Of a stretch of 64,000 bases of DNA, positions 50,701 through 63,832 are shown one piece after another; position 1 is the stretch's first letter; the number at the start of each line of letters is the position of its first letter. A model generated the notes under the pieces. The model was not told the DNA's origin. It did no database searches and saw only the letters and a program-made list of their open reading frames with translations. Position numbers and translations under genes: made by a program. Source of the stretch: Narcine bancroftii (Eukaryota); assembly GCF_036971445.1 (NCBI RefSeq), contig NC_091474.1, positions 32,674,001 to 32,738,000 of the forward strand, read 5' to 3'.

Positions 50701-52479
50701 GTGCTGTGTCTCCGCTCTCTGCTCTTCCAAGTACACACAAACGGCAGCTCTGGCAGAACCGCCTTTTGTTTTTTTTTTTGCAGAGGCTTTGTCATATTCC
50801 CTCCATTCTCTCCTTCCCAATCCTGCCACAGATTTGTTTTCACGCACTAAATCCATGGTTTGGAAACTTTTTGAATAAACGCCTTACATCTTCACGTTCA
50901 AGTTTATTGTCACACGTGCCAAAAATGCAGCAATTGAGGTTGTTTTGTGAGAAGACCAGTTAGGTATCTCATACTTAGTACGTCAAGTAAAACACAGTGC
51001 AAAAGTGCAGAGTTCCAGAGAGACATCAGTCTGTATTGAGCAAAGTCAACCTAATTTTATTGGTTTGGGGCTTACTAGTCTGTTACCGTCAGGAAAAAGT
51101 TCAGGAGCCTGAAGATGAGCACTCAGCGGCACAAGGACAGCTTCTTCCCCGCTGCCATCAGATTCCTGAATGGACAATGAACCAAAGTCTTACTTTGCCC
51201 TTTTTTGCACTATTGTAATTTATTTTTGTCGGGTAGTATATACAAATATTTGAACTGTGATGTCGCTGCAAAGCAATGAATTTCGTGATTTGCTTGTGCT
51301 AATAAATTCTGATTCTGAGTATCCTGAGTTCAGTCACAGACACAACTCCTGGATGGAACCTTTAATCCTCAAGAAAAGTTAGTCCACAGAGGCCTGACTG
51401 AGCTGTGGAACAGGATGACCATGATCACCAATCCTCTTTTGGATGGTTGAGAATTTCTTGCCATAGAAATTTTAAGGAATTGAGGAATACTGTGAAGAGT
51501 GAGAACATTAATACTGTCTTATCAAATTGTACCCTAGTAGTTCAATTTGACAAGATCTGAACTGTTCTAAGAACTGCATTAAGTGGACTTGAATCTCTTT
51601 CTGGTTTGAATGATGCAGGTCAGAAGACCAACAGCTCAGACTTTCTTTTTGGGAAAAGCCATTCCTGCTCCTTATAATGAAAGAAGATTTTATTTTAATT
51701 TTAAAAAAAACCTTCTTTCCTGCACACTCAACCCACAAGGCCCGGGTATTGATGTACCAGGTTCATGGGATAATCAAACCAAGGCTACAATTAGTCAATA
51801 TTATTGAGGCTTCTGCCTCAACTTAAACTATCTGAGATGATGGGCTCTGTTTATTTTCGCAGGGATGAGCTCAACAAACACTTTTTTTCCTGAGCATCTG
51901 CCTCCTATCCATCTCTCTGAAGTGGTCCAGTGGTCTCCAGTAGATGTGTTTTCCCATACAGAATTTGTTCTTCGACAGGGTATCAGCTCATTACAGATAA
52001 TTATTTCTTGCTCCCCACATTTTGGAGCCCAGATATTGGTAGTGAGGATAACACTTCGATGCATGTGTGGATAAAGGATGCCACTCAATTCTTTAAGTCC
52101 ACTGAAAATGCTATTGGCCTGCTGCATAGAATAACATCATCCACAATGACGGATCGCTCGAGGAAAAGCAGCAATAGCTGCTGGTGGTCTGCTTTCACCT
52201 TATACTATTGATTTCCGCATGAACACTGTATGATTGCTTACAACAAAGTATCCTTCTGTGTATTTTGCTTGGGTGTAAAATATTGACCGTTGTTAGCTCT
52301 CTGCAACATAACGATGTAGAAATATTTGGAAGTGGACATCTTGACAAGTTATGAGCAGGATAGTTCACTTTAATATTGATAGTAAATCATACATATCATT
52401 AGAATGGCCACACCATAGCTAGAGGATTATTCATTTTGTAAATTGCCAATTAGATAGGTAAAGGGAGAATTAATACGTT

Positions 52480-53150
52480 CAAGTTTAAATTTATTATCAT
52501 CTGATTGTACATGCACAATCAGATGAAATAGCATCTCTCCAGACCACAGTGCACACCCATTCTCACACAATGCACGGCACACCGCAATCACATACTGTAT
52601 ATACATTCCAATATAATTTAAACTAAATATCAGAATCAGAATTTATTAGCACAAACAAGTCACGAAATTCATTACTCAGTTTCAGGGTACTGTTCCTCAA
52701 TCTCACAGGCTGCAAGATGAAATTATTTTGGCAGTCCTGAGTTTAATGTTCCTGTCTCTCTTTCCTGATGGTAGCAGGGGAAAGATACTGTGTACTGGCT
52801 GAAAAAGGCCCTCAATAATTCTTTGAGCCCTATGTAAACAATACTCAGATATATATATTATATATATAGAGAGAGAGAGAGGAAATGGAGACCCCAGTGA
52901 TCTTCTCGGCCGTTTTGATAATCCTCTGTATTGTCTTCTGGTCCGATGCTATGCATCTATCATCCCAGACAACGATGCAGCTGGCCGAACACTCTCAATT
53001 GTGATCCTGTAAAGTGTTGTCGAGATGGAGACCAGTAGCTTTGTTCTCCTCAACCTCCTAAGGAAGTGAAGGCGTTGCTGTGCCTTCCTGACTAATGAGG
53101 AGCTGTTGTGGGTCCAGGATAGGTCATCCGTTACACAGACTCCCACAGAC
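52480..53150 (-). mobile_element. Rex/Babar-type LINE 3' fragments
   Basis: GVCVTDDLSWT..RKAQQRLHFLRRLR. Confidence 0.8.
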
Positions 53151-54113
53151 ACCCCAAAAGTTCATATTTCAACATTCAAGATTCCTTTATTGTCATGCAA
53201 TAAAAAAACAGTACAATATAACATGGAATTTGCTTTTGTCTGCCATAGGCAGAAATGGCCTGAAACCCCTCTTACTCTTGGAGAAAGAGAAGCAAAAAAG
53301 AGTGCCCTCAGAGGCCCAGAGTGTCTGCATATGCACCTCGAGCACTGCTGTACTCCCTAAAGCCACACAGAGTCCAGTCCAAACCATCAGCTGCCCGAGC
53401 TCCAGATCCGAACCTCCAATGTGATCAGGAAACCTTCATCACTCTCTCGCACCCTGGTTCCAATACTGGTAGCCCTTCAGCCAGTCTAAACCCAGTCTTG
53501 CAGATAGGCCAGTTCTTAATGTACTGAGATTAGATAAAATTGCTGCAAGGTTCACCAGACTGGTATCCTTTAATCCCCTGTTGGCATACCTGTTTAAAAA
53601 TGACCCTTTATAGCGAGCATAATTTTAAGCAGACAGTGTAAGTCTAACCATTTATAGATGCTACAATGATCATATATTGTTCTTATAGTAACTACATTAG
53701 GAATCAAATAAGGACTTGCAATAAACGTAATCGGGAGACGGCAATCTTGGGACACTTTACTTGGGACTACAAGCAGCAATTTTTTAAAAATCCTCTTGGA
53801 GCATATGAACATTCCTCATTTTGTGAAACCAGGCTATTCCTGAGCAGTGCCTTAGACTATTGTCCTTTCACCTGTGAAGACTGCTGTGACAATATGCCAC
53901 ATGCTATTCTCAGTTAACTGCACATTTTACATTATTATCACTTAGATTGATGACACCTGCAACTCTTTCCATAACCTGTCATATAGGTGATGAAATATTA
54001 ATGTTAATGACCCATTTCTTCAAACATGCATTTGATAATGATGCCAAATAGCAGATTAAATAATGGTATGTACATGTCTGATTTAGCTATTGAATAGAAC
54101 AAATGCCCTAGAA

Positions 54114-54335
54114 CAGGGGTTTCCGACCTTTTTGTACCCCTTGGGCATTTTTATAGGTTCCCGTGTACCCCTAAAAATTAAGGATTAAAAAAAAATCGAC
54201 ATTGTGCAATCTGACTGCAGATTACCAGGAGTGGTTATTCTCTCAGACCCAATGTACCCCCCTGAAAAGTGCAAATGTACCACTAGGGGTACGCGTATCA
54301 CTAGGGGTACGAGTACCCCAGGTTGGGAACCCCTG
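54114..54335. mobile_element. hAT (Charlie-like) MITE
   Basis: 16-bp TIR CAGGGGTT(T/C)CC(G/A)ACCT and a perfect 8-bp TSD CCCTAGAA. Confidence 0.93.
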
Positions 54336-54349
54336 CCCTAGAACAGAAG

Positions 54350-55340
54350 AGAATAGGAGCAGTAAACTCGGAGCTTATCCCACCATTCAGTGTGATCCTA
54401 GTTGATCTATACATCTCAGGCCCTTTCTGTACCATTTCTCCATACCCTTCTATTTCTTGATCTATTAAATATTTATCTACCTCAACTTCAAATAATTTAG
54501 TATGGTAACAGGGCCTTCCTGACCACGAGCGTGTGCTTCCCTATTACACCCAATTGACCTACAACTCCTATACGTTTAGAAGAGTCGGAGGAGATCCACG
54601 CAAACACAGGGAGCCATACAAACTTGTTACATACAACGGATTCGAACTCGGGTTGCCGGCGCTGTAACAGCATTGTGCTAACTTCTACGCTATCTGTGTC
54701 TTCTCATGATCCATCTTCCATCACTCACTGGAGCAGGGAATTCAATGGATTTGCCACCATCTTATTCCTGAAAGTACATCCCTCCTTCTTCTAAACTGCA
54801 AGGGATACAGGTCTAAATTATTTAATCATTCCTGGTTGGACAAGCCTCTCATCCGAGGAATTAGACTAGTTAATCTCCTTTGCACTGCCTCTCATGCTAC
54901 AATAGCTTTTCTTTGTGAAATAGGATCAAAACTGTATGCATTATTTCAGGTGAGCTTTCACCTTTGTCTTAATGAAGCCCCGTCATCACAGAAATGAAAA
55001 GTTATGGCTCCTTATTTGGCACCTGTACAATTACAACAAAATCTCCCTATTTTTAAACTTGAATTCCTTTGCCATGAAGGTCAAAATGCCTTTTCCTTTC
55101 TCAGCTACTGGTTGGGTCTGCCTGCTAACCTTATGTGACTCATGCAATAGAGAACCTAGATTCTCTGATCTTCATTTGCTTGCAGCCTCTCTCCATTTTG
55201 ATTATAAACAGTTTTTGATTATTGTCATCTGCGTTCATGATCTCACATTTCACATTAAACTCTATTTTCCAGTCCTTTTCCTATTCACTTAATCTAGATT
55301 TTCTCTTAACAGAATCACAGTATCCCAATTGCAATATGCT
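54350..55340 (-). mobile_element. Old CR1 fragment with nested SINE (~54495-54700, minus)
   Basis: CR1 3' motifs; reversed SINE head GGATTCGAACTCGGG..CTGTAACAGCATTGTGCTAAC. Confidence 0.65.
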
Positions 55341-56770
55341 CTTCTACTAATTTCAACCTCATCACTTCTTTCATCACAGTGGAATGCCCACCACCTACAA
55401 GGAATCTAATTTTATGAAAGTGAAAGCGTGTCTTAAAATCAGCTAAACAGAACCATTTATCAGTTGCATTTGGTGTACGCTACTTGATGTTTGTAAATTA
55501 AAAAGTTTTAAATATTTCCTTGCACCTAAAAAAAAATTTGAGCTTCCTCAAAGCACGTTATCACAATTAATTCAATCTGGGGACATGACCAATATTGTGG
55601 ACAAGAACTATGTCCGAGGTATTTTTAAAAATTTCAGAAATGGCTGCCATGGATTCAGCTCATTGAAATATGATCAGTTGGTCTATTACATTTTGCCTGG
55701 GAGTGAAATGATTGGTTGGGGCATTCTCAGTTTTATTGCAGTCAGCAGCTTTTACAGTGTCTGCCAAAATATCCTTTGAAATGCACTCCCTCACAATGCA
55801 AAAGTAAAGCTCTGCTTCCTGTAGTATTGATGATTTTAAAACCCATCACCACCTTCGCAAAATTTCTATCCTCCCCACCCCAGACTAATGTAAGGTTGTT
55901 GTAAAAGTCAAATGAGGGGGCATAATGCTTCATCATGAGAATAACATTGCGACTGAGTTAGATAGATATACGGCAGAATCTGGAAAATAGCCACTGTTTA
56001 GGATTATAATTCTTGACTCATGTTCATACTCCCCAGGCAATTTTTTAAAATAAATCTTCTATGAGCTCTTCATTGAAGTTTTTGAAGTGTTCATTTTCAA
56101 ATGTCCTTATTTGACTTTCAGACATTTTTTTTAGAGAAATATCCTTGGGTATTAAATTATAAACAGTACTTGTTCTTAGAAAATATCTTGATTCCCCAAT
56201 CCAGCATTAGGGAGATAATAACACAAAAAATATAAAGCAGGATGGAAGGATTCATTAAGGAATAAATGTAATTTAGGAATGTTAAAGTCCCCTGCTGTTG
56301 ATCAGGTAATTTAATAGAGTCCTGTAATCAAATTCCTGGTGCGTGTGAATAACATTCTTTGGCTAAACTTACCAAGCAATTTGATGGTTAATTATAACTG
56401 TTTTTGGGAAGTTCCTTCCTTGTCAAATTGTTGGTTTTCAAAACAAAGTCAGTCTTATTTCATGGAACCATTGTTGATAGCTTTCCTAAGATGCAGTGAA
56501 TACAAGCAAATAAATTATCCAAACTATGAGCCTAAGATTTGAGAGATTAAAACTAAAGTTAATTTGTAAAACACTGGAGGCAGCATGTTTTGAATGGCAG
56601 TATCTGATAGCTTAGATTTATGTAATCAACACTAGGTCAGAATTTCAATCCAAATATGGCCACGTTAAATGTGATATTTCCTTTCTCAGAAGAACTTAAT
56701 TTCCAACAATGAAACAAAAGAGAAAAAAGGCACAGCATTTTCTAACTGGTTTGAAATGAGTATCATCTGA

Positions 56771-56855
56771 GTTCACTGGCTGCCATATTAGAATATAATT
56801 TACATAATTAGGTTCACTGGCTGCCATATTAGAATATAATTTACATAATTAGGTT
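56771..56855. repeat. Perfect 41-bp tandem duplication
   Basis: GTTCACTGGCTGCCATATTAGAATATAATTTACATAATTAG occurs twice, followed by GTT. Confidence 0.95.
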
Positions 56856-57924
56856 GTACTACTCTGCATCATGAAGTGAAAATATTTAAATGGGATTTGA
56901 ACAGCTGAGCACACATACAGCCTGAAATGACATTTTTTCCATTAACGTGCACAAACTAAATACAGCATACAAAATGTTTTACTTTAACTATCAGCTTCAT
57001 TGTTTTATCTCAATCGAAACAAATTTAAGCTGGACCCATTGAAGAATTTTCAAATTTACTTGGTTGATTTAGTTCAGACATTAGTAGCAAATACACCCAG
57101 ACTTTTGTTCTTGAAATGCTGCACTTTATGGATGTAAATGTTGCAGTGTTCAAATCCTGAGGAAAATTAGAATCAGATTCAGAGCTTGGTATCCATAAAG
57201 TGCAGTCTCAAATACAGATTTACTTTCAACAGATCATCAATGTTCCTTTATGCTTTGCAGCAAGGTGGTGAGTCACCAGTGAGAACGTCATAAAAGCAAA
57301 GGCAAAACATTTCTTGAACGTGGGCCGAGAAGCGTTCCCAGTGCAAAATGGTTCCGTTAGAAAATACCTTCACCTTCAACAATTATCAAAAGTTTAAATT
57401 GAAGCTAATGTAGTTTGTTTTGGGAAAATGAATTTTGCCAGATTTTGAATTACAATTTTTAGTTTAACTTTTTCATTGAAGAGTTTAAACAACATATCCT
57501 GTTTTGGTGATCAGGTTCCTCCACAACTAGTGTGTTTTTCCACATTCATTTCAATGTTTAATAGATTGAAGTTCCCCTAAGCATTATTTGTTTATCTACT
57601 TCCAGTAAACTGGCTAATAAGTGCACAGAAATTCACTCAAATGCCTGCAGCTGAAATAAATATCATCCCTCCATTTTGGTTCCGTTGACGAAGGCAGTGA
57701 ATGTTCATTGAATCCCACAAAGGACAAGAGAATTCAGAAGTGTATTCTAGATATGACAGGCTACAAGTTTGATCTGTGCTACAATGATGTCAAATATCTC
57801 TCTGTTTGGAGTAATGATTCATTAGAGCTAGCATAGCCATTGATTCAAACCTTCATGCTTGACCATAGATTGACATTGGTAGAACCCATGGGAAAGTTCT
57901 GTTTTAGGGCCAGTCCAAGTAAAG

Positions 57925-58276
57925 CAGTGGTTCTCAACCACTTTCTCCCCACTCACAAAGCACTTTTAGTAATCCCCATGCCATTGGTGCTCTGTGATTA
58001 GTAAGGGGTTGCTTAAGGTGGTATGTGAGTGGGGAAAAAAAAGTTTGTTTTAATCATACCAATTGACTCGTTATGTGCAGGGTTTCATAGCTCCAAAGGA
58101 AATGGGCCAATAACAATTTTTCTCAAGCAAAATATTTCAGCAACAATTGAGTCTAGAGCAGTAATTCTCAACCTCCGTTCCCAGTCACATACCACCCTAA
58201 GCCAACCCTTACTAATCATAGAGCACCGATGGCATAGGGAATACTTAAAGTGGGATGTAAAGGTTGATAACCACTG
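57925..58276. mobile_element. Composite hAT MITE (two inverted ~115-bp units plus spacer)
   Basis: TIR CAGTGGTT(C/A)TCAACC; imperfect TSD AAGTAAAG/AAGTAGAA. 57925-58040 is approximately the reverse complement of 58159-58276. Confidence 0.8.
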
Positions 58277-58389
58277 AAGTAGAAAGAAGAAGGAAATTAA
58301 TAAAAAGACAAAATAAAGGGGAATAATCAGTTTAGAATTCTGCCACTTCCAATATAAATACACTTGTGAATGTATCCTTTGTTCTTAGC

Positions 58390-58612
58390 ATATCATAGCA
58401 TAGCAGTTAGCACCACACAGTTACAGTGCCAGTGACCCCGGATTTGAATACAGTTCTGTCTGTAAGGAGTTTGTATGTTCTTCCATGTCTGGTTGGATTT
58501 CCTCTGGGGGGGGCTCCTGTTTCCGCTCAGCCTTTAAAAGGTACAGGGTCATTTGGATCTAATTCGACAGCACAGGCTCATAGACTGGAAGGGTCTGTTA
58601 CTGTGCTGTAAA
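58390..58612 (+). mobile_element. tRNA-derived SINE
   Basis: CTGTCTGTAAGGAGTTTGTATGTTCT core and CTGTTACTGTGCTGTA tail, shared with the 15381 copy. Confidence 0.75.
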
Positions 58613-59171
58613 AAAGCATGATCACATTTGAAAGAAATATATTTACTGTTTTATTTTCCTGTGGCCACAAAATATTGCTACCTAAAATAACAAAAAAGAA
58701 TTATTTCTTCCATATTTGCACAATATTTTCAGTATGTTCCATCTAGGCCACAGCTCCGAAATGATTTGACACTTTGACACATTCCAAGGAAATGTTGTCT
58801 TCTCAAAGAGAAATCTGGATCAACTACCAACCTCAGCTCTCACCTCCTGACAGTTACCATCAGAGATCAGGAATGACTAGTAGGCCTATCTTTTCAAGGA
58901 TTGGAAAACTGAACTTTAGCCAGGGATGAGTTGATGAAGTCTTGTGTGTTCATTGAGCAAATGCTGAATAAAAGAACATAGAGCACAGCCTGCAGAAAAC
59001 ATCCTGAAAATATTAGGCATCAGTAGTTAATTTAGCAATTTTTCTTATTTAGCTAGTACAATGGATAAAAACTTTGGCTCAACTGTTTATCTCTGCCCCA
59101 GTGGTGCTTCTGAAGAGCATATTTCCACACTTTTTGTCCTAATGTTATTGAAACTTGTGTATATAAATGCA

Positions 59172-60981
59172 TACCTGCTGCTTTGCCACTTTTCAGTTGT
59201 TCGATTGCAATCGAACAACTGAAAAGTGGCAAAGCAGCAGGTATGGATGGAATCCCCCCAGAAGTCTGGAAGGCTGGCGGCAAAACTCTGCATGCCAAAC
59301 TGCATGAGTTTTTCAAGCTTTGTTGGGACCAAGGTAAACTGCCTCAGGATCTTCGTGATGCCACCATCATCACCCTGTACAAAAACAAAGGCGTGAAATC
59401 AGACTGCTCAAACTACAGGGGAATCACGTTGCTCTCCATTGCAGGCAAAATCTTCGCTAGGATTCTACTAAATAGAATAATACCTAGTGTCGCCGAGAAT
59501 ATTCTCCCAGAATCACGGTGCGGCTTTCGCGCAAACAGAGGAACTACTGACATGGTCTTTGCCCTCAGACAGCTCCAAGAAAAGTGCAGAGAACAAAACA
59601 AAGGACTCTACATCACCTTTGTTGACCTCACCAAAGCCTTCGACACCGTGAGCAGGAAAGGGCTTTGGCAAATACTAGAGCGCATCGGATGTCCCCCAAA
59701 GTTCCTCAACATGATTATCCAACTGCACGAAAACCAACAAGGTCGGGTCAGATACAGCAATGAGCTCTCTGAACCCTTCTCCATTAACAATGGCGTGAAG
59801 CAAGGCTGTGTTCTCGCACCAACCCTCTTTTCAATCTTCTTCAGCATGATGCTGAACCAAGCCATGAAAGACCCCAACAATGAAGACGCTGTTTACATCC
59901 GGTACCGCTCGGATGGCAGTCTCTTCAATCTGAGGCGCCTGCAAGCTCACACCAAGACACAAGAGAAACTTGTCCGTGAACTACTCTTTGCAGACGATGC
60001 CGCTTTAGTTGCCCATTCAGAGCCAGCTCTTCAGCGCTTGACGTCCTGCTTTGCGGAAACTGCCAAAATGTTTGGCCTGGAAGTCAGCCTGAAGAAAACT
60101 GAGGTCCTCCATCAGCCAGCTCCCCACCATGATTACCAGCCCCCCCACATCTCCATCGGGCACACAAAACTCAAAACGGTCAACCAGTTTACCTATCTCG
60201 GCTGCAACATTTCATCAGATGCAAGGATCGACAATGAGATAGACAACAGACTCGCCAAGGCAAATAGCGCCTTTGGAAGACTACACAAAAGAGTCTGGAA
60301 AAACAACCAACTGAAAAACCTCACAAAGATAAGCGTATACAGAGCCGTTGTCATACCCACACTCCTGTTCGGCTCCGAATCATGGGTCCTCTACCGGCAC
60401 CACCTACGGCTCCTAGAACGCTTCCACCAGCGTTGTCTCCGCTCCATCCTCAACATCCATTGGAGCGCTTACATCCCTAACGTCGAAGTACTCGAGATGG
60501 CAGAGGTCGACAGCATCGAGTCCACGCTGCTGAAGATCCAGCTGCGCTGGATGGGTCACGTCTCCAGAATGGAGGACCATCGCCTTCCCAAGATCGTGTT
60601 ATATGGCGAGCTCTCCACTGGCCACCGTGACAGAGGTGCACCAAAGAAAAGGTACAAGGCCTGCCTAAAGAAATCTCTTGGTGCCTGCCACATTGACCAC
60701 CGCCAGTGGGCTGATAACGCCTCAAACCGTGCATCTTGGCGCCTCACAGTTTGGCGGGCAGCAACCTCCTTTGAAGAAGACCGCAGAGCCCACCTCACTG
60801 ACAAAAGGCAAAGGAGGAAAAACCCAACACCCAACCCCAACCAACCAATTTTCCCCTGCAACCGCTGCAATCGTGTCTGCCTGTCCCGCATCGGACTTGT
60901 CAGCCACAAACGAGCCTGCAGCTGACGTGGACTTTTTACCCCCTCCATAAATCTTCGTCCGCGAAGCCAAGCCAAAGAAAG
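59172..60981 (+). mobile_element. Young 5'-truncated RTE LINE with fold-back 5' junction
   Basis: 11-bp TSD ATATAAATGCA (59161-71 and 60982-92), short 3' UTR and AAAG tail. Confidence 0.97.
59183..60925 (+). CDS. RTE reverse transcriptase ORF, uninterrupted but lacking the APE endonuclease; first ~8 codons come from the inverted arm
   Basis: KAAGMDGIP, NYRGITLL, FVDLTKAFD, GVKQGCVLAP, LFADD, FTYLG, RWMGHV, and a C-terminal CxxC..HxxxC finger. Confidence 0.9.
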   Translation: MPLFSCSIAIEQLKSGKAAGMDGIPPEVWKAGGKTLHAKLHEFFKLCWDQGKLPQDLRDATIITLYKNKGVKSDCSNYRGITLLSIAGKIFARILLNRIIPSVAENILPESRCGFRANRGTTDMVFALRQLQEKCREQNKGLYITFVDLTKAFDTVSRKGLWQILERIGCPPKFLNMIIQLHENQQGRVRYSNELSEPFSINNGVKQGCVLAPTLFSIFFSMMLNQAMKDPNNEDAVYIRYRSDGSLFNLRRLQAHTKTQEKLVRELLFADDAALVAHSEPALQRLTSCFAETAKMFGLEVSLKKTEVLHQPAPHHDYQPPHISIGHTKLKTVNQFTYLGCNISSDARIDNEIDNRLAKANSAFGRLHKRVWKNNQLKNLTKISVYRAVVIPTLLFGSESWVLYRHHLRLLERFHQRCLRSILNIHWSAYIPNVEVLEMAEVDSIESTLLKIQLRWMGHVSRMEDHRLPKIVLYGELSTGHRDRGAPKKRYKACLKKSLGACHIDHRQWADNASNRASWRLTVWRAATSFEEDRRAHLTDKRQRRKNPTPNPNQPIFPCNRCNRVCLSRIGLVSHKRACS

Positions 60982-62124
60982 ATATAAATGCAGTAAAATT
61001 CACACTTGTTTATCCTTAGATGTCTACCAGGATTGTTTTTAGAAGAATTTAATGAATCAAGCTAGCCCGACTCAACGAGTATCACTGTTGTGCACTATGT
61101 TCTTAACACGGAATACACTCACGATTAGCATGATAGACACACAAAATTTCATCAACCCCCCTGAAATATGTTTGATTTATTGTCCTTCTACACTTCAAGG
61201 CACCTGAACATGAAAGAGTCCTTGTGCAGTGAATTTCTACATAGTGGAAACAAGATTGCTGAAGAAGTCCAGGAATGCTGATGTGAGTTCACTTTTGAGA
61301 TTTATGCTGGTCTCTACCGAATGAGGTTATCAGTGAAAATCTGAAGCACCAGTAGTGGATGTTGAGTTACTCAATGATCACAGGCACCCTTCACCTCTTC
61401 TACTGTGCTGTTACCAAAGCTATTTCTCACCCAGGACCAATGTAATTCATCACCCATGAGCCATATCGTACAACGATCCACAATGATTTTGACATCTCTT
61501 ACCATGAGGCATCTATCCCCCAAGAAGTGCACATGATATTTGCTGTTTTGTATTTTACATCACTGTGGGTTTCACAAACTGCTCTGCAAGATCTGGGATC
61601 TGTGCTGCAGTATAAAAAGAACTAATTAGAAATTCTGTAGCCTATTAAAAGATGCACTTAAAGAGCACTGTATGAACATGAGTATCATTAATCCTCTCAC
61701 AGATTGATGAGACAAAGAATTGATGGGGAGTCAATGGCCATGTGAGAGGGAATGGGTACAGGGGATTATGGGGTGGATTAATTGACCTCATGAGAGTGCT
61801 CCTGTTGTGAGCCAGCATGATCCTGATGGGCTGAAAGACCTCATTCTGTGTTATTATAAGTTCCTAGTTCTCAGAAGGAATTAAGTTAGTAAATTTAACT
61901 CTTACATCTATCAGGTTAAGTCCTGATATGTCACAAGCAATAGAGTGCGGTCACAAGATGTAATGGGAAAATGGTATTAATTAAAAATCTCGCAACAATA
62001 ATGATGATGAGTTAACTGTCACATACATTGTATAATGTACATTTGCACCAAAATTCTTACTTGCTGCTGCTGAACAGGTACTCTGAAGAAAAGTTATAAC
62101 AGCAAACTAATTGGACTTGTAATG

Positions 62125-62511
62125 TAGGTGGTTAATCTTTTATCCAAAATCCTTGGGACCGGACACTTTTTGTATTTTGCAATTTTTTGGATGATCAATA
62201 ATATTGTGGGGGAGTCACGGCAGCATTGGATGGGAGGGTGATGGTATGTGAGGCGAGATAAAGATAGACTGCTCTTTTCCTGCTTACCTGCTCAAGCCGC
62301 CCTGCCGCTCTCTCCCCGAGTACCCTTTCAGCGGGATTGCTGAAACACTGCTAGAGGAAAATCCTTGTATTTTTAAGTAAAATATACAGTAAAACTTCAA
62401 ACTTAAACTGGCTCAAATTAAGCTAAACACCTGACAATATAACGTACATGCAGTAAAAAAAAACGTTCGGTGTTTGGCTTTCAGAATTTTAAATAAAATA
62501 TTACGTACCTG
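62125..62511. mobile_element. Degraded Tc1/pogo MITE related to 11663-11879
   Basis: AGGT..TCTTTTATCCAAAATCCTTGGG start and ..CGTACCTG-TA end. Confidence 0.55.
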
Positions 62512-62519
62512 TAGTGCAA

Positions 62520-63790
62520 ACAGTCCTTTTGTGATGTCAAGTAATATGATTAGTGAATCAAGGGGAGGTTCAAGAATCTGATAGCTGTTGGAAATAAACA
62601 GTTTTTTTAAATCTAGAGGTGCCCAAATGTAGCAGTGAGAAGAGATTGTGACCAGGGTGAGAGGGGTCCTTTATGATGTTGGTTGCCATCTTGAGGTAGA
62701 GCCTGACACAGGTATTTGCAATGGATGGGAGGTTAGGGCTTGTGATGGAACAAGCTATGTTTCTGCATCCTCTGCGGTTGAATTCCCAAACCAGTCTGTA
62801 ATGTAACTGTGCTGGGACACGGTAATGCAGGTGGGGACCTCACTGGACTGCTCAGGCTGGCCCGCCTCCGACCTGGTAACTCTTCCCTGTAGATTCCCAA
62901 TGAAGGTTGAGAGCCCTAGTCTCCTCCCTCAATACCAGCCTTGGACATGGGCCAGAAGCATGTAGTTAAGTGCTGGAGAATTTAGGATATTAAAGCCTTT
63001 AATCACTTGCTTTATGTCTGCTTGTGGGTACTGATCACACTACAGCACCAGTCAGTGTATTTTACACAGTGCATCTTGGGAAGTTAGGTAGTGTATCCAA
63101 AAGCATCGTAAATCTCCTCAGGCTGCTTAGAAAGTGGAAGGGTTGGTGTGTCTTTTTAAACAGTTGCCTCAATGTGCAGACTTCAGGAAATATCTTTTGA
63201 AATATGGACTCCAGGAACTTGAAGGTTCTGACTCTCTCTACCTCTATCCCATCAATGCTGATAGCTGCCTCAGCTCCTAAAATCAGCAATCAGTTCCTTG
63301 ATCTTAGTGATGTTGAGAGCAAAATTGTTGTTCTGACACCAGCCGACCAGATTTGCAATCTCCATCCTGTATTCTGTCTCATCATTTCCAGTTATCTGAT
63401 CAACAAGGGTGATGCCATCAGTATTTTTGTTGATTAATTTGGAGCTGAACTTTGGATCTGAATCAGGGTGTACAAGGAGTAGAGCAGGGGACTAAGCATG
63501 CAACCTATGTTGATAGCCAGGGGAGAGAATGTGATGTTGCCAAACTGCACTGAATGGGGTCTGCCAATGAGGAAGTTGAGGAGAGTGACGGACAGTATGC
63601 CAGGTCCTTTAACTTGGTCATAAGTTTTGCTGGTATAATATATTGAATAACCAGCTGTAGTCAATGAACGATAGCCTAATGTATGTGTTTTTGTGGTCTA
63701 GGTGATCTGAGTGCCAGCAAGATGACATCTGCCATTGACATGTTTTAACAATAGGCAACTTTAGGTGGGACCAGATCATTCGCAAGATCA
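62520..63790 (-). mobile_element. Rex/Babar-type LINE fragment
   Basis: YIRLSFIDYS, GCMLSPLLYSLYT, ERVRTFKFL. Confidence 0.85.
62808..63044 (+). mobile_element. Short solo LTR nested in the LINE
   Basis: TGT...ACTACA termini, ATTAAA signal, degenerate 5-bp TSD GTAAC/GCACC. The LINE is colinear on both sides. Confidence 0.6.
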
Positions 63791-63832
63791 GAGTTGTGCA
63801 TGGTTCAAAATAGGTTTGTTCCACTATGACAA

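Noticed and set aside
59183-60925. Retron, group II intron, DGR or domesticated reverse transcriptase gene
   Set aside because: Motifs, tail, TSD and two sibling copies identify a 5'-truncated RTE LINE. The apparent start codon lies in the inverted arm.
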